From assembly GCA_024704765.1 (NCBI GenBank), contig JAKMXF010000321.1:620001-684000 (forward strand): a stretch of DNA of 64,000 nucleotides, read 5' to 3'. The notes under the pieces were generated by a model. The model was given only the letters and a program-made list of their open reading frames with translations. It had not been told where the DNA came from and made no database searches. A program made the position numbers and the translations under genes. This DNA comes from Oopsacas minuta. Its lineage: Eukaryota; Animalia; Porifera. Below are positions 1 to 12,365 of the stretch, in pieces. The stretch's first letter is position 1, and each line of letters opens with the position of its first letter.

Positions 1-239
1 CATGCGAAATTGCTGCTGCCTCTATGTAAAAATACACATAAATACAGTCTCCCCGCCTATAACCTGAGGGATCCAGACCCCCCAGGCCCCATACTTGGCG
101 CCAGTAAGAACCTCTTTATTATAGTGTCATAATACCTGACTGTCTATCTGGTATGTCTGGTGAAAACTCGTATCACGAATTGTATGTATTCCTTCGCTAA
201 ACATCGCAACATAAATAGAAAAATTGATGTTGACAAAAC

Positions 240-710
240 ATGAACGTTTATGGATGTGAGAATGACAACAAATCAGTAATTGTGTTTGATAAAGATCTCA
301 AATTCATGAAAAGAATCAAACTAAAAACTATTCAAGTTAATTTCGATACGCAGACATACAGCATAAAACTATACGAGGATAACATGTATGTCATGTTTGG
401 TAAATATCCTCCTTTCCATCTACAAATATTCTCTCTAGAAGGAGAGCTAGTGAGGTGTTTGATAGAAAAAAGTGAGATTGGTTGGAGTTATTTCTTCTTA
501 ATTGATCAACTGGGGAATATTATCATAGCAGATTGGGTAGGAAATCAAATAAAGATATTCTCCAATAAAGGAGAAGTACTACACACTATCAGTAGTGATA
601 TGCTACCAGAAGATCAGGAGTTCTATCATCCGAATGGGGTAGCAATTGACAAGCAGAATAGAATTATTGTAGCTCATAGGAACAAGAAATATAATCTTCT
701 AGCTTTCTGA
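240..710 (+). pseudogene. NHL-repeat (beta-propeller) C-terminal fragment, probably truncated or frameshifted
   Basis: NHL motifs (VYGCE..VIVFD, IIIADWVGNQIKIF, FYHPNGVAIDKQNRIIVA). An in-frame TGA lies at 231-233, and another frame reads IDVDKT* directly into the motif, consistent with a 1-nt deletion near 240. Confidence 0.6.
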
Positions 711-1546
711 AAATCGTCTGTTTTCTTTATTAAAACATTTATAGATTCATTTCCCGTAACGTATAGATCTCGGCAACTAGCCCAAATATTTATGTAAATG
801 TCGAAAAAATAGTTAATTTAAATCGTCTATAATACCGACATCTCAAGATTAATCCTGAAAGCTAACTCGTTTGCATTGGTATAAACTATATTATATTCAG
901 TGGGAGTCTATTAATTACCCCAAACTATCACATGTATCCGTTTGGAGCAATCAACCCACTTTCCACTGGATAGAACATAGTTTATCCCAATGCAAACGAG
1001 TTATAGGACATGATTGAAAACAAATCCCGCAATTCGTTGAATTTAATCGACATAGCCACTCCACTATTAGGGTAAATACAGTGAAACTTGGATTATGCAT
1101 ATTACTTCTTTAGTACCAAAAATTTAGTTCCCATTTATCCCGATAGTGCATACTAATTTTCCCGAAGGTTACCTCTTATCCGAGTTTTACTGTACATAGG
1201 TATACTTATGTATCTCCTACAATAGTAGCTCCCATGAAGGTGCCTAAAGTTAATCATCGCCCTGGCTACAATTCGAGCTTCACTTCATAATGTTTGGTCT
1301 ACAGTAGCCTTCCCTCTAACGAATTTAGTTAATCCCTGTACAGAGCTCCCATTTTCCCTTGGACATTGGACAGAATCCTTTTACACCTTTCGGTCGCTAG
1401 CTACGTTAGCTCGTGCATAAAATCATTTAGGTTATACGAACTATCATGTCATTCATGTAATGTTAGTATATATAATGTATATAGACATGGTTGACACATG
1501 TCAAATTAATTTTATAAGGAGAAATCGCATTAATCACAGTCATCAG

Positions 1547-1893
1547 CAGTGGCAGACTGGGTCTAAAATTTTCTACAAGCATGGTTGACGTTCGGGTCTC
1601 TCAGGGTTACAGTGGGAATCATGTGCAGTTGTGACGCTTCCCACACTTTATCAGGGGATTTAGAAATATAACTTGGCCGACCTCTATTGTGGAATGGTCG
1701 ACAAATCTATTGATATACTTAAAATTAGTTTGATTGGTAAAAGTATCACAAAATGGCCCATAATGCCCGATCTGGCCGACGGTATCAATTACACCTCGCC
1801 TATGGCGGTCTAGAAGAATCCTGATCAAGGGAAACTTCTTTTGAAGGGGCATCCTGGCCACTGGACCGTGGACTGGTAAGCCAGTCCCCACTG
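1547..1893. mobile_element. Non-autonomous hAT-type MITE
   Basis: Termini CAGTGGCAGACTGG ... CCAGTCCCCACTG. The flanking 8-mers GTCATCAG / GTCGTCAA match 6/8, a degenerate TSD. Confidence 0.65.
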
Positions 1894-2754
1894 GTCGTCA
1901 ATAGAGGATTCCCTGTACGCTTGAATATGAACTGTTAATTGCTCAACAAAATATACATATTTCAGGTACTATTAGACTCACAGTTAGTAGGTTTCTCTCA
2001 ACTAAAAATCCCTGTACAGGGGATCCTTGTACGGTTGGCAGTAGCTGCTGTAGAAATCGGATAAGATGTACCCCTAGGATAACAAGATGTCATATGTGCT
2101 ATCCGAAGTGTGTCTTTTTCGAATATTGTTCATATTCGTACAAGGATAGAACATCAGTTTTATCCCATGATAATACATTGGGAATTGCCTAACATTGATT
2201 GAGATTGAAGGAGCTACAAACTTCAAATTTGGTAGAAATGTAGAATCTTATTTCTATAGCTACCATTTCCAATATCTATAAATTCAAATTGTGTGTCCGC
2301 GAACACACTAAGCTCGGTAATGCTGTAACACGACAAACAGTATCTTTTCTTTTTTGGAAGTTGTGTAATATTCTATTTACTTCACAATTCCCTATTGAAA
2401 TAATATGATATATGATTTTATGTTTTTACAATTATCACACCATGATTATATTATCTATTGTAAATTAAGATAATCTAATGATGTTAATCATGGTCTTTGC
2501 CATTCCGTTTCAATAACTGGCACTTTACAACATATCCTATTGAAGAATATGTTCTAATTATAGAGCTTCTCAACTACACATTATAATAATGCTAAAGCCA
2601 TATGATCTAATGAAACAGATTTCCCACCACGTGGCCTGTTGAACCCAATATGTAAGTCTAAGAGACTAATATTATATACTTCATGCTATAAACAGAAGAA
2701 TGAATGTATACATGGATAATTTCCATTTGAATTATATAATTGGTAGATATAACA

Positions 2755-4347
2755 ATGGTAGATTATTCAGATGAAATAGGACCGAAGAATGAATTTTATG
2801 CGCATTTACAAACGAAATATTCAAGTCTTCTTCATAAAGCACAAAAGCAGTCTATGATAATTTGTATTCCACATTCGGATACAATCGCTAATATCAGCTA
2901 TAATCAACTATTCGTATTGTACCATATCTTACAGCCATCTCCTTATGTTAAATCACAATTTATCGCTAAAATAGGGAAAGAACGCGAAGAAGTTTATTCC
3001 ATTCAAAATGGTGAAATTACAAACAGTTCATTTACTGTACCCGCTAAGATAATTTATGAAGAAGTTGGTTATGATGAAGAATTCAATGAATACCAGACAC
3101 TAGTCATAGACAGGCCTCTAGATCCCAAATGTATGTACACGCCTCTTAAAAGCAAGACCAATTCTTCAATATTTGAAACTATCAAACAAGGAGAGCAAGA
3201 ATGGAAGGCTATGCCTACACATCATGTAGCTCAAGAATTTCTAAATGGACAAATTGGGGATTTCAACGACCACTATATGATTCTTCTAGAACTCCTTGAT
3301 CACGCTGTTTCAAAAATTAAACAAATGTGCGAACAGACAATGAAGAAAACATTCCCACACGTTTCAACTGATTTAGAAGCAAATGACGTCGTCCCTATGT
3401 GGATATACGTAGAGAATTATACACTAATGAAGGCATATGATAAAGTATTCTATGTTTGCGGTAAGAAATGCAAAGTTTATGATCATGATCTCTACAAGTA
3501 CATGTCATCTAACCAATGCATTACCATTGCAGATCTAGATATCCCTGATACTTTTGATTTTACATACATAACTGCGCTTGAGCGTATTTCAGAGCTTTCT
3601 ACTACTCATACTCCATTCGCGAAACTTAAATGCATAGCTGATACACTGGACCTTATTTCATCTGAATCTCAGTCACTACACAATCAAGAAAAGAGGTTAT
3701 ATAATGTACAGGACCCACCGCCAATGACAGCTGATATTTTGATACCTTTGTTCTCATACGTTCTGTTACGTGCTCAGGTTAGCTTGTTATGTGCTAACCT
3801 ATTCTATCTGAATTCATTTTCCTGGCACACTTTACGTCTCCCTAAGCTCAGCTATGCTGTGGTAACATTTCAAGCTAGTTTACAGTTGATTCTGTCTCGT
3901 ATTGGTATTCAATTTGAAGATGAGATTTCTAAAGAAAACGGGGATTATTTCTATGAAGGTGCACCCTATGTATCTCAGACATCTGTAACAGGTCGTAGGG
4001 GATCATTGGTACATATAGGGGACGCTTCTTCGCACCCTCTAGACCCTACCTGGCGACTCCCAAGCAAAGACGAATCGTTTGAGATTATTGAAGAAAAATT
4101 CGCAAGTTTTTCACAGTCAAATCAAGTAGAACGAAAACCTTTTTTGAGTAAGAAATCTAGTGATTGGGGATTTCTAAGTCGTTTTCCTACAAAGAGACAT
4201 TCAGTTGACGGTAATATGGGAGCGCTATCTTCTCCTCCTCCTAGAGTGCAAAGCACATTAACTCAAGATTCATCTCAGAACAATTCACTGCGTCTTGATA
4301 ATGTTCTAGCATTTTTAACTACTAAAGATGAAAGAGATATATTTTAG
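2755..4347 (+). CDS. VPS9-domain Rab GEF with ANKRD27/VARP-like N-terminus, no ankyrin repeats
   Basis: First ATG at 2755. VPS9 motifs TPFAKLKCI, MTADILIPLFSYVLLRA and SYAVVTFQASL; N-terminus KNEFYAHLQ..IICIP resembles ANKRD27. Confidence 0.8.
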   Translation: MVDYSDEIGPKNEFYAHLQTKYSSLLHKAQKQSMIICIPHSDTIANISYNQLFVLYHILQPSPYVKSQFIAKIGKEREEVYSIQNGEITNSSFTVPAKIIYEEVGYDEEFNEYQTLVIDRPLDPKCMYTPLKSKTNSSIFETIKQGEQEWKAMPTHHVAQEFLNGQIGDFNDHYMILLELLDHAVSKIKQMCEQTMKKTFPHVSTDLEANDVVPMWIYVENYTLMKAYDKVFYVCGKKCKVYDHDLYKYMSSNQCITIADLDIPDTFDFTYITALERISELSTTHTPFAKLKCIADTLDLISSESQSLHNQEKRLYNVQDPPPMTADILIPLFSYVLLRAQVSLLCANLFYLNSFSWHTLRLPKLSYAVVTFQASLQLILSRIGIQFEDEISKENGDYFYEGAPYVSQTSVTGRRGSLVHIGDASSHPLDPTWRLPSKDESFEIIEEKFASFSQSNQVERKPFLSKKSSDWGFLSRFPTKRHSVDGNMGALSSPPPRVQSTLTQDSSQNNSLRLDNVLAFLTTKDERDIF

Positions 4348-4793
4348 ATTTTACAAGCGTATTTCACCTCTTTTTATTGTTTAACGTTTTATGTGTGACT
4401 CTTGTACAATTTACTAATTATTACTCACATAATACTTACCTTATATATGGCTTATTTAAAAAACATCAGTTATAAGAACTCAACCTTCATTTACCTAACT
4501 TCAAACTCAATCATTGGAGAAAATTACATTTCAGTCATTTGTAAGAAGTATTTACAGAGGTCAATCACACGATAGCATTTGAATTTTCCCTGACGTACTC
4601 CAGGTTGGGAACCTCTGTCTAATTGTGAGAGCGATCAGTTCATCTAATATCATCTTGGGGGAATATGATATGCTTAAATCTGGTGGTTTTACTTATTAAT
4701 TACATTTGTATGTACACTATGTGATCTTACAAATACGACAAATTCTCTATGTAATATTCTAATATTATCGAATTGAAGAGAATACTACACAGC

Positions 4794-6090
4794 ATGGCTA
4801 GTGTAGAAGTGAAGAGAAACTTTGTTCAACAACTAAAAGAGAGTCGTCAGAAGATACAAGACAGCTTCAAGAGGTCACATGAAGCTCTACAAGCCAGAGA
4901 GAGTAACCTCCTCTCTTTGATTGATCAAATTGAGAAAGATTACAATAGCAAAGCTCATAAAATGAATAAATTAGTAGAAGCATTGAATCATAATAAATTA
5001 ATGACATTAGATACTCTGACAGATAATGAGCTTAGTGAAACTCATCAAATAATTTGTTCAGCTATTGACAAAAAGATTACAGAACTTACAGCAGAGATAG
5101 ACAGCAGAGATAGACAGCAGAGATAGACAGCAGTATTGAGTTCGAGTGGGACGATCAATTTGAGGCTGAATTCAACATCTAGGAAGTATTAAGCTTAATG
5201 GACAGACTAATAAATCACATACAGATACCTTCCCTCCTCAAGTGAAGCCTGTTGTACCTAATTACAAGAATAAACAGCTGCCTATTGCTTACTCCTGCAA
5301 GAAGTCAAATTATCAGAAATCTTCAGGAGAACTGAACGATGCTAGAAGTGTAGCAGTGCATTACTTAACAGGAAACATTTACATAGCTGATGAGAATAAC
5401 AATCGTGTACAAATATTTACCGGTAAAGGAGACTATCTATTCATGTTTAGTGAAAATATGAATAATCCTAGAGGAATTTGTATATCTCAGAATAATGTAT
5501 TTGTTACACAACACAGTGGTAATTGCATTAATAAGTATGACATAGGAGGGAAACTAATCAAGAATGTTGGTAGTAGAGGGAAAGGAAAAATTCAATTCAA
5601 TGAACCATACGGTATAGATGTCTCTGACAGAAATAGCAATATCTATGTATGTGATTTGAATAATAAACGAGTTAAAATCCTTACAGAAGAACTAAATTTC
5701 CATTCCATATTAGGAGAAGGCTTGCTTAGCTATCCACGTGATGTTAAGGTTACAAGAGACAGAGTAATGGTGATAGATAATAGTGATCCGTGTATGTTTG
5801 TATTCAATTCAGATCATGTTCTAACAAACAGAATGATAACAAGAGGTGATGGAAAAAGAACAAACTTTCCAATATGTTTTGACATAGACAGAGAATACAA
5901 CATCATTATGAGTTACTATCATTGTCATTGTGTGTGTATATTCAATCAGAAGGGAGAACAGATACACAAGTTTGGTAAGGAAGGTCAGGGTATCGGGGAG
6001 TTCTATCATCCATATGGAATAGCATTAGATAACGCAGGACACATTATAGTTGTGTGTCAGAAGGACAATAATTGTCTACAATTCTTTTGA
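4794..6090 (+). pseudogene. Coiled-coil + NHL-repeat gene broken by two frameshifts
   Basis: The coiled-coil ORF stops at 5126 inside a 13-bp tandem repeat. A second shift near 5175 (GCTGAATTCAACATCTAGG) separates IEFEWDDQFE from LGSIKLNG. The NHL ORF 5242-6090 is intact. Confidence 0.75.
5088..5133 (+). repeat. 13-bp tandem repeat (ACAGCAGAGATAG) x3.5
   Basis: Read directly; it lies in coding sequence and shifts the frame. Confidence 0.95.
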
Positions 6091-6507
6091 TGACATAATT
6101 ATGGTAGTTGACAGGAATAATATTACTGATATATAGTTTTTAACAGAGACTAGCTTCCACTTGTTAAATAGAGGTAAACAGGGACGTAGAATTTTTAAGT
6201 GTCTAAGATTAGTAAAATTTAATTTTATCTTTCTTTGTTGTAAAATGGATATTTAGTTTTTCTATTGGAATTATGTTAAATTCTTATTTACAAAATTTAT
6301 ACCAAAACATGCCAATCAATTCATATGACTAGAAAATGGGAAATCTAAGATACTTTTAAGAGATTTAGATATCCTGCACCTGTATACAACAACGTAAGAA
6401 CATATAAGAACCAACTTTTGAACAATTCTGGTCTCCGACAATGTCTTATAACCAGCATACAATGTATTTCCTTTGAGAAATGTTTACCTATTTTCACTTC
6501 AGACTTA

Positions 6508-7671
6508 ATGACAGAGGTATTCGTGTTCCCCTACTGGGCAGCAGTGTCTCTATCCCTAGTAGGAACAGGTGCTGCCATCCTGCTATCATTCGTAGTACTA
6601 TTCCTCTCTGGGATATCTGTTAATCTATTCAGGAAGTTATACAGCTATATTATACAGAGAGGAAGTCATGCTAGTAATGCTAGACCTTATGTTATAAGGA
6701 ATCCACAAACACGTGACTTGGATATAGCAGCAGGAGATGATAAAGCTGAAGAGGATTGGGATGTTTACAGACGACAGGTTAACCTGATTGAAGAGCTGGG
6801 TGAGGGAGAATTCGGGAAAATATATGACGCTGAAGTTATGAAAGACAGTCAGAGAGTTAGAGCTTTAGTTAAGACATTCTTAAGTGGCTCTGTCCAAGGA
6901 ATGGAAGAGTTTAAAATGGAAATGGAAAGATTAAAAGTATTCCAGCATCCGAATGTAGGTAGACTTATAGCTGTATTGACGTCATCAGTGCCATTTTACA
7001 CTATCATGGAGTTACCCTTGAATGGAGCATTGAAAACTTTCTTGCTAGAGAATATGAATTTATTCACTAATCCTACCTCACAACACTATCTAACTCATCT
7101 ACAATTACTATCTATGGGATATGATATTTGTAATGGTTGTGCTTATCTTGATACATTACCATATATACACACGGATTTAGCAACTAGGAATTGTTTTGTA
7201 GCAGGTGACCTGACTGTTAAGGTAACTGACTATAGTGTAGGTAGATCACTGTTTACTAATGAGTATTCTGAAATGGAGGATGATTCTTTGATGCCTATAC
7301 GATGGATGGCGCCTGAATCTCTACTTGATAATAATTTCAATTCCAGGAGTGTTGTTTGGTCGTTAGGGGTTACTTTCTGGGAAATATTCACGTTTGGTGA
7401 GTTTCCATATTCTTACCTAGACGATGAAGGATTTTTCAATATGGCTACTGCTAATTTTGTGCCTCTGAGACAGCCATCAGGTTGTCCTAGAGAGCTGTAC
7501 ATGCTAATGCTAAAATGTTGGAATAGGAAGGAATGGGAACGAATTACTATAACAGAAGTAATGGAATTAGTTGAGAAGATACTTATCTCAGAAGAAGAGA
7601 CTCTAACTACTAAACTATCTGAGTATGGAGATGATATTATGAATGAGATATCTTTTCCTAATAATGACTAA
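6508..7671 (+). CDS. Single-pass receptor-type tyrosine kinase-like protein with essentially no ectodomain
   Basis: TM helix (WAAVSLSLVGTGAAILLSFVVLFL), then LGEGEFG, LVK, HTDLATRN, DYS and PIRWMAPES. A possible acceptor at 6502 means a small upstream exon cannot be excluded. Confidence 0.85.
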   Translation: MTEVFVFPYWAAVSLSLVGTGAAILLSFVVLFLSGISVNLFRKLYSYIIQRGSHASNARPYVIRNPQTRDLDIAAGDDKAEEDWDVYRRQVNLIEELGEGEFGKIYDAEVMKDSQRVRALVKTFLSGSVQGMEEFKMEMERLKVFQHPNVGRLIAVLTSSVPFYTIMELPLNGALKTFLLENMNLFTNPTSQHYLTHLQLLSMGYDICNGCAYLDTLPYIHTDLATRNCFVAGDLTVKVTDYSVGRSLFTNEYSEMEDDSLMPIRWMAPESLLDNNFNSRSVVWSLGVTFWEIFTFGEFPYSYLDDEGFFNMATANFVPLRQPSGCPRELYMLMLKCWNRKEWERITITEVMELVEKILISEEETLTTKLSEYGDDIMNEISFPNND

Positions 7672-7803
7672 TACCCCCTCTCCTCTTTATACACTTATTT
7701 TATGGATGTTTTCACTTTTATAATTTTTTACTTTTTGTCTTCTTTTGAATTTATTTGTTTATTTTCTTCCTTATTACTTCTCGAAGTTTGTATTACATAA
7801 TTA

Positions 7804-7929
7804 CAGGAAACTCTCGTTATATCGAAGCTCAAGGTACCTTTGACGGTTTAGAACCATATTCATAGAATTAGTTACTTCGTTATAAGTGGGATTGGTGATA
7901 TATCCGTGTTCGATAACAGGAGATGACTG
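7804..7929. mobile_element. Tc1/pogo(Tigger)-type MITE, family CAGTCAACTC(C/T)CGTTATATCGAA
   Basis: TA then CAGGAAACTCTCGTTATATCGAAGCTCAAGG ... TTCGATAACAGGAGATGACTG; the same termini recur many times in the window. Confidence 0.6.
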
Positions 7930-7988
7930 AAATTAACTTTCCTGTAAGATTATTTGACTAAATTTCCATTAAAATGTATTAGAAATAA

Positions 7989-8777
7989 ATGCATACATTT
8001 TACACAACCATACCTGAACAGACTCACTCATGGCGTACATTCGATACTAACTCTGCCTCCAAGAATGTGTCCACCCCTGTCAGAGGTGACAACGACTTCA
8101 GGCCTGTTTTCTTTCAGCTATCAGCAGTTAGCAATGCTCGCGGTTCTTCATATCTAGAGTGGGGAGGTAACAAAATATTATGTTCAGTATTCGGTCCTAG
8201 AGAGAACACATTGAGAAGAGATGAGTTCTCTATCAAGGGTAGATTAGTATGTGAAGTTAGTATATGTCCATTCTCTATACCACACACACCTAACGCTAGA
8301 CAGCAGTCATATATAGACACAGATAGACTATCTGCTCTACTCGTATCCTCATTAGAGAGCTCTGTCTGTATTGATAAATATCCTAAATCACAGATAGAGA
8401 TATGTCTACTGTTTATAGAGACTGATACATTGAGTATGTCTACTGCAGCTGTTCTCAGTGCTTCTCTAGCACTAATTGATGCTCGTATTGAGGTATGGGA
8501 TATTACAATAGCATGTAGCTGTATGATACGATCAGAGAATAGTGTTAAAATGGATCCTAGTTGGAGTGAAATAACAGATAGTGAGTATGTAGGACTATTA
8601 ACACTATTCTATCAGCCTAGTCTTAACGTAGTGTCTGGTGTAGAATGTGAGGGAGAATTGACTAATCTACAGTTAGTTAAAGGAATGGATAGTTGTATTG
8701 AAGGCTGTCTACAGCTAAAGAAGTATATAGAGGGTAAATTGAAGGAAAATATATTGAAAAGTAGAGCAGAAAAATAG
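7989..8777 (+). CDS. EXOSC6: RNA exosome RNase PH-like subunit, MTR3/EXOSC6-like
   Basis: FRPVF..ARGSSYLEWGGNKILCSVFGPRE and KYPKSQIEI..ASLALIDA motifs. RPVF favours MTR3 over RRP41. Confidence 0.75.
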   Translation: MHTFYTTIPEQTHSWRTFDTNSASKNVSTPVRGDNDFRPVFFQLSAVSNARGSSYLEWGGNKILCSVFGPRENTLRRDEFSIKGRLVCEVSICPFSIPHTPNARQQSYIDTDRLSALLVSSLESSVCIDKYPKSQIEICLLFIETDTLSMSTAAVLSASLALIDARIEVWDITIACSCMIRSENSVKMDPSWSEITDSEYVGLLTLFYQPSLNVVSGVECEGELTNLQLVKGMDSCIEGCLQLKKYIEGKLKENILKSRAEK

Positions 8778-9738
8778 CAGGTTATTAGTCGTTAGCATCA
8801 ATTATAGCAATTGGTGATTGTCTGTTTAATTCCCGTCATAGTTGATGTTATTTTAAGTACAAATATAAATATATTCCCGCGAAAAGTTTACTACGTTTGT
8901 TTATTTATGATGTTAAGTTTGATGGTTTCGTGACCGTTAATTTCCCCAAATATTATGTTTATCCATGGCATTCTATGGTTTATCTTATTTCCTCGTGACT
9001 TATTGGGGAAATTACACAAATTTTCCAAGAGTCTATTCGCGTCACCAAATTATATCGGTTCCACTGTTTAACGCACTCAAATATCGAAAAACAAGTTTTC
9101 CATACGATCAATAGACAATACAAATAACCACAAACTACATATATGGTATGCATGTGTAATAGCCTCAATTCTGTATGTTCTGGAGCAAAACAGTAAGGTT
9201 CTTCAAATATAGCAGAAATAATTGAAGGTTACATTTACGCTGTGTCAAGCTCTTCCAGTAGTTTTGGAGCTATAATAGTAAACCATATTATGAACGGGAG
9301 AGAAAAAATCCCTAAAAGGAAAAGAGTAGTTGAAGAAGTGAGTAATCTCAAACATCTATTCAATGCACTGTGATCTTATTCATATAGTTAAAGAAGAGCA
9401 TACAGTGGTTAGTATATTACAGAATTAGCTAAGAGCCCTGATTTAGAGAAACATCCAATGATTATCGTTGAAATTAGGTTAGTTGAAGTATGGATAGAAT
9501 AATCACTAGGTGGTACGTACAGAAGTATTTAGGTATTTTTCTTGGGGGTGGAATATTCTCGGGCGTCCAACGCCTGCATAAAGCCATGATTACTCTTCTT
9601 CTTTCCTCAAGTGCACGCGAGAAGAAGTTGTAGCACAGATGGCAAGGTCTTTATTAATACTGTATGTATGTTGATGTATATTATTATGTAGATTTAATCA
9701 TTAAAAAAGGTAAAAAGCCAGTACTGGCATACGAATTG

Positions 9739-9867
9739 CAGTAAACTCTCGATATACGAAGAGCTCGGGTACCAGGCCCGATTTATTTTGTTGTAAGCGG
9801 AGTAAAATCAATTACTTTCAAGTTATAAGGAGGTAGAGAATTAATTGTTTATAACGGGAGGTTACTA
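9739..9867. mobile_element. Tc1/pogo-type MITE, degenerate
   Basis: CAGTAAACTCTCGATATACGAA ... TTATAACGGGAGGTTACTA inverted termini. Confidence 0.5.
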
Positions 9868-9908
9868 TATTTTAATTAATGTTTATAAATTAGATAAATT
9901 GCCTCTTA

Positions 9909-12365
9909 ATGACTAAATGGGTAACTCAATCCCGTCTGTTGTTATTATCAGCAGTAATGAAACACGGGACTGAGGATTGGGGTATTGTCAATGATGTCAT
10001 TAAGACCTACCTGTCAAACAGATCTATCCAATCTTGTCTCACAGCTGACATGTGTAAAATAGAATATGAATCATTGGTTTCAGGACAAGATCAACCTGGT
10101 AGTAGTTTTGACATATCTCTACAAGATAAACTTGTAAATGAGTTGAAGAGACTAAGGATAGAAGAGATTGAAAGCCAACTAGCTATTTGTAAACAGAAAT
10201 ACTTAAATGTGTTTCAAGACAAACAGCTGATTGAGACTGGCAGATTGAATGGACAGAATTCAGACATTCTGAGTGAGATAGAAAAACAAGGAAATGATTT
10301 TGATTTGAAAGTTTTCTGTAATGAAAGAGGAATACGACTGAAAGCTGAAAAAGAAATAAAATCAACTAGCAAAAATACAAATAAGTCAAAAGCTAACAAG
10401 ACTCCTGCAAATGGTAATTTGAATATTTGTAATTTCCACTTATCATTATTACGAGCCCCTTCGCTTGCTCGCGCTGCGCTGCTTATGAACACTTTATGTT
10501 CGCACGGGGCTCGGTGCCTCGAAGTTAGTTAAGTATAAAATTGCCAAATTTAATTGATAATAAATATTCCAACTATTTGTTTACTATATATTCATAAAAG
10601 AATTACGAAAGTAGATTTTCCCGAAAATGTAACGAACATTTTCAATATCATTTAATCCTGTAACATATATTTACCAGACAAAGACCAGAAGTCTAAATTA
10701 CCTATGATAGTTACCATCCCTACTTCTCAGCTTCCTCCACCCTCTCATCAGGAGAGACCTGCTGTACCTGCTACTAGCTCCAGAAGAGGAGAGAGATCAT
10801 ACACACCTGACACTCAATCACTTAACATTGGTTGGTGTTACACTACACACAATTAAGGTTATCAATCAACAACACATCTCCGTTATTATACTATATTAAA
10901 ATTGACACAATACTGTACTACTGATTCTTACATAAATGTACAGTCTAATTTACTTGTGGCCTTGTGGGGGTTAATCGGGAAGCATTTTTAGATACTACAC
11001 TTTGGGAAATTCTCCATTTCTGGCATTCTAATTTTATAACTTTCTGTTATGAACTATTTCAATCCAAATTGCCTACGTGGTAACGTCAAATCCACTTTGG
11101 AATTTTAGGTTTTCTACTACTTACTATGTCACACTTACCCTATACGGGGATCTTTGGATTATCCTGGGATTTGACAAGAAATCCACGCAAGAGTTTAAGA
11201 ACACAGGGAAATATTTGCAATTATATGTGTGTTAAATAATTGCATAGAATTGCTATATATGGATATAAACATGGAAATCCTGATAAATATTGTGAGAGGT
11301 TAGTATGCTATACTGTATTGAATTATTTTCACTTTTAGGAAGTCCTTGTTGTACAGAGACTTCTAGAGATATAGAGTCGAAGAGTGACTTTTCATTTCCT
11401 TCACAGCCTAGACATAATCGCTCCATTATGCAGATTCCTATAAAAGATTGTATCTTGACTAAGATCGAGCAAGAAGCAGGTGCTAGCGGGATTAAAACCT
11501 GGAGGAAAGCTATTCTATTAGTTTGGAGAGAAGCTACTCAACACAAATATGCTAATGTATTTCTGAATCCAGTTACTAATGACGAAGCTCCAGGATACAG
11601 GTTAGAATTTATATATCACATAATTTAGCTTTTTATCTAATAATACAGTCAACTCCCGTTTATATATTAACACTGATATATCTAACTTGTAAATACATAC
11701 ACACTGGTCCCAAACTGCCTAATTAATTCGGTTATATCAAAGTAATTATCGCTGCTCCTTGAGCTTCGATATGATGGGGAGAGCACTGTGAATCTGTTAT
11801 AACTAAAATGTTCCCTTATTAGATGTTTTACTAAGGATGGTATATTTTGTTTATCTGCCTGGATGTTGTTCTAGGTAATTTTGAGGCACTCCTCGCTTGG
11901 TTGCAGGGGGATTTCTAAACAAAATCCACCATCCATGGTTAAATATCTAATAAGCATATAGAGAATTTTTGCAAAACAATATACTGAATACATTTTTGTA
12001 GGAATATAGTTAAACACCCGCTAGATCTGAACACTATAAAGCGTAACGTAGAATCTGGTAAGACAAACACGACAAGAGAATTTCAGCGTGACATGATGTT
12101 ACTATTCATTAACGCTATAATGTATAACAGATCTGATCAAGTAGTAACTAACATGGCTCAAGAAATGCTATTCGATGTTGTGGAATCAATCGAGTCATTC
12201 ATTGACACTCAATTGAAGTTACATAAACAGAGAGATTTAGGATTAGATGATGAAGGTAGGATATCTGGTATGAAGACGAGACGAGCTAGGAGAGCAACTC
12301 GAGAGGAAGAAATTGTTGGATTAGCTAAGAGGACAAGATTTGAGTCACACAAGAATAGGAACTGA
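9909..12365 (+). CDS. BRD8: Bromodomain-containing protein 8 (NuA4/TIP60 subunit); exons 9909-10413, 10678-10830, 11339-11600, 12002-12365
   Basis: N-terminal W...LLL.SAVMKHG..DW SANT-like motif. The spliced bromodomain reads FLNPVTNDEAPGYRNIVKHPLDLNTIKRNVESG..EFQRDMMLLFINAIMYN. GT-AG phases are consistent. Confidence 0.88.
11646..11788. mobile_element. Tc1/pogo-type MITE in BRD8 intron
   Basis: TACAGTCAACTCCCGTT ... CCTTGAGCTTCGATATGATGGGGAGAGCACTG. Confidence 0.55.

Noticed and set aside
1619-1891. 90-aa minus-strand ORF
   Set aside because: Lies wholly inside the hAT-type MITE (1547-1893); no recognisable motif.
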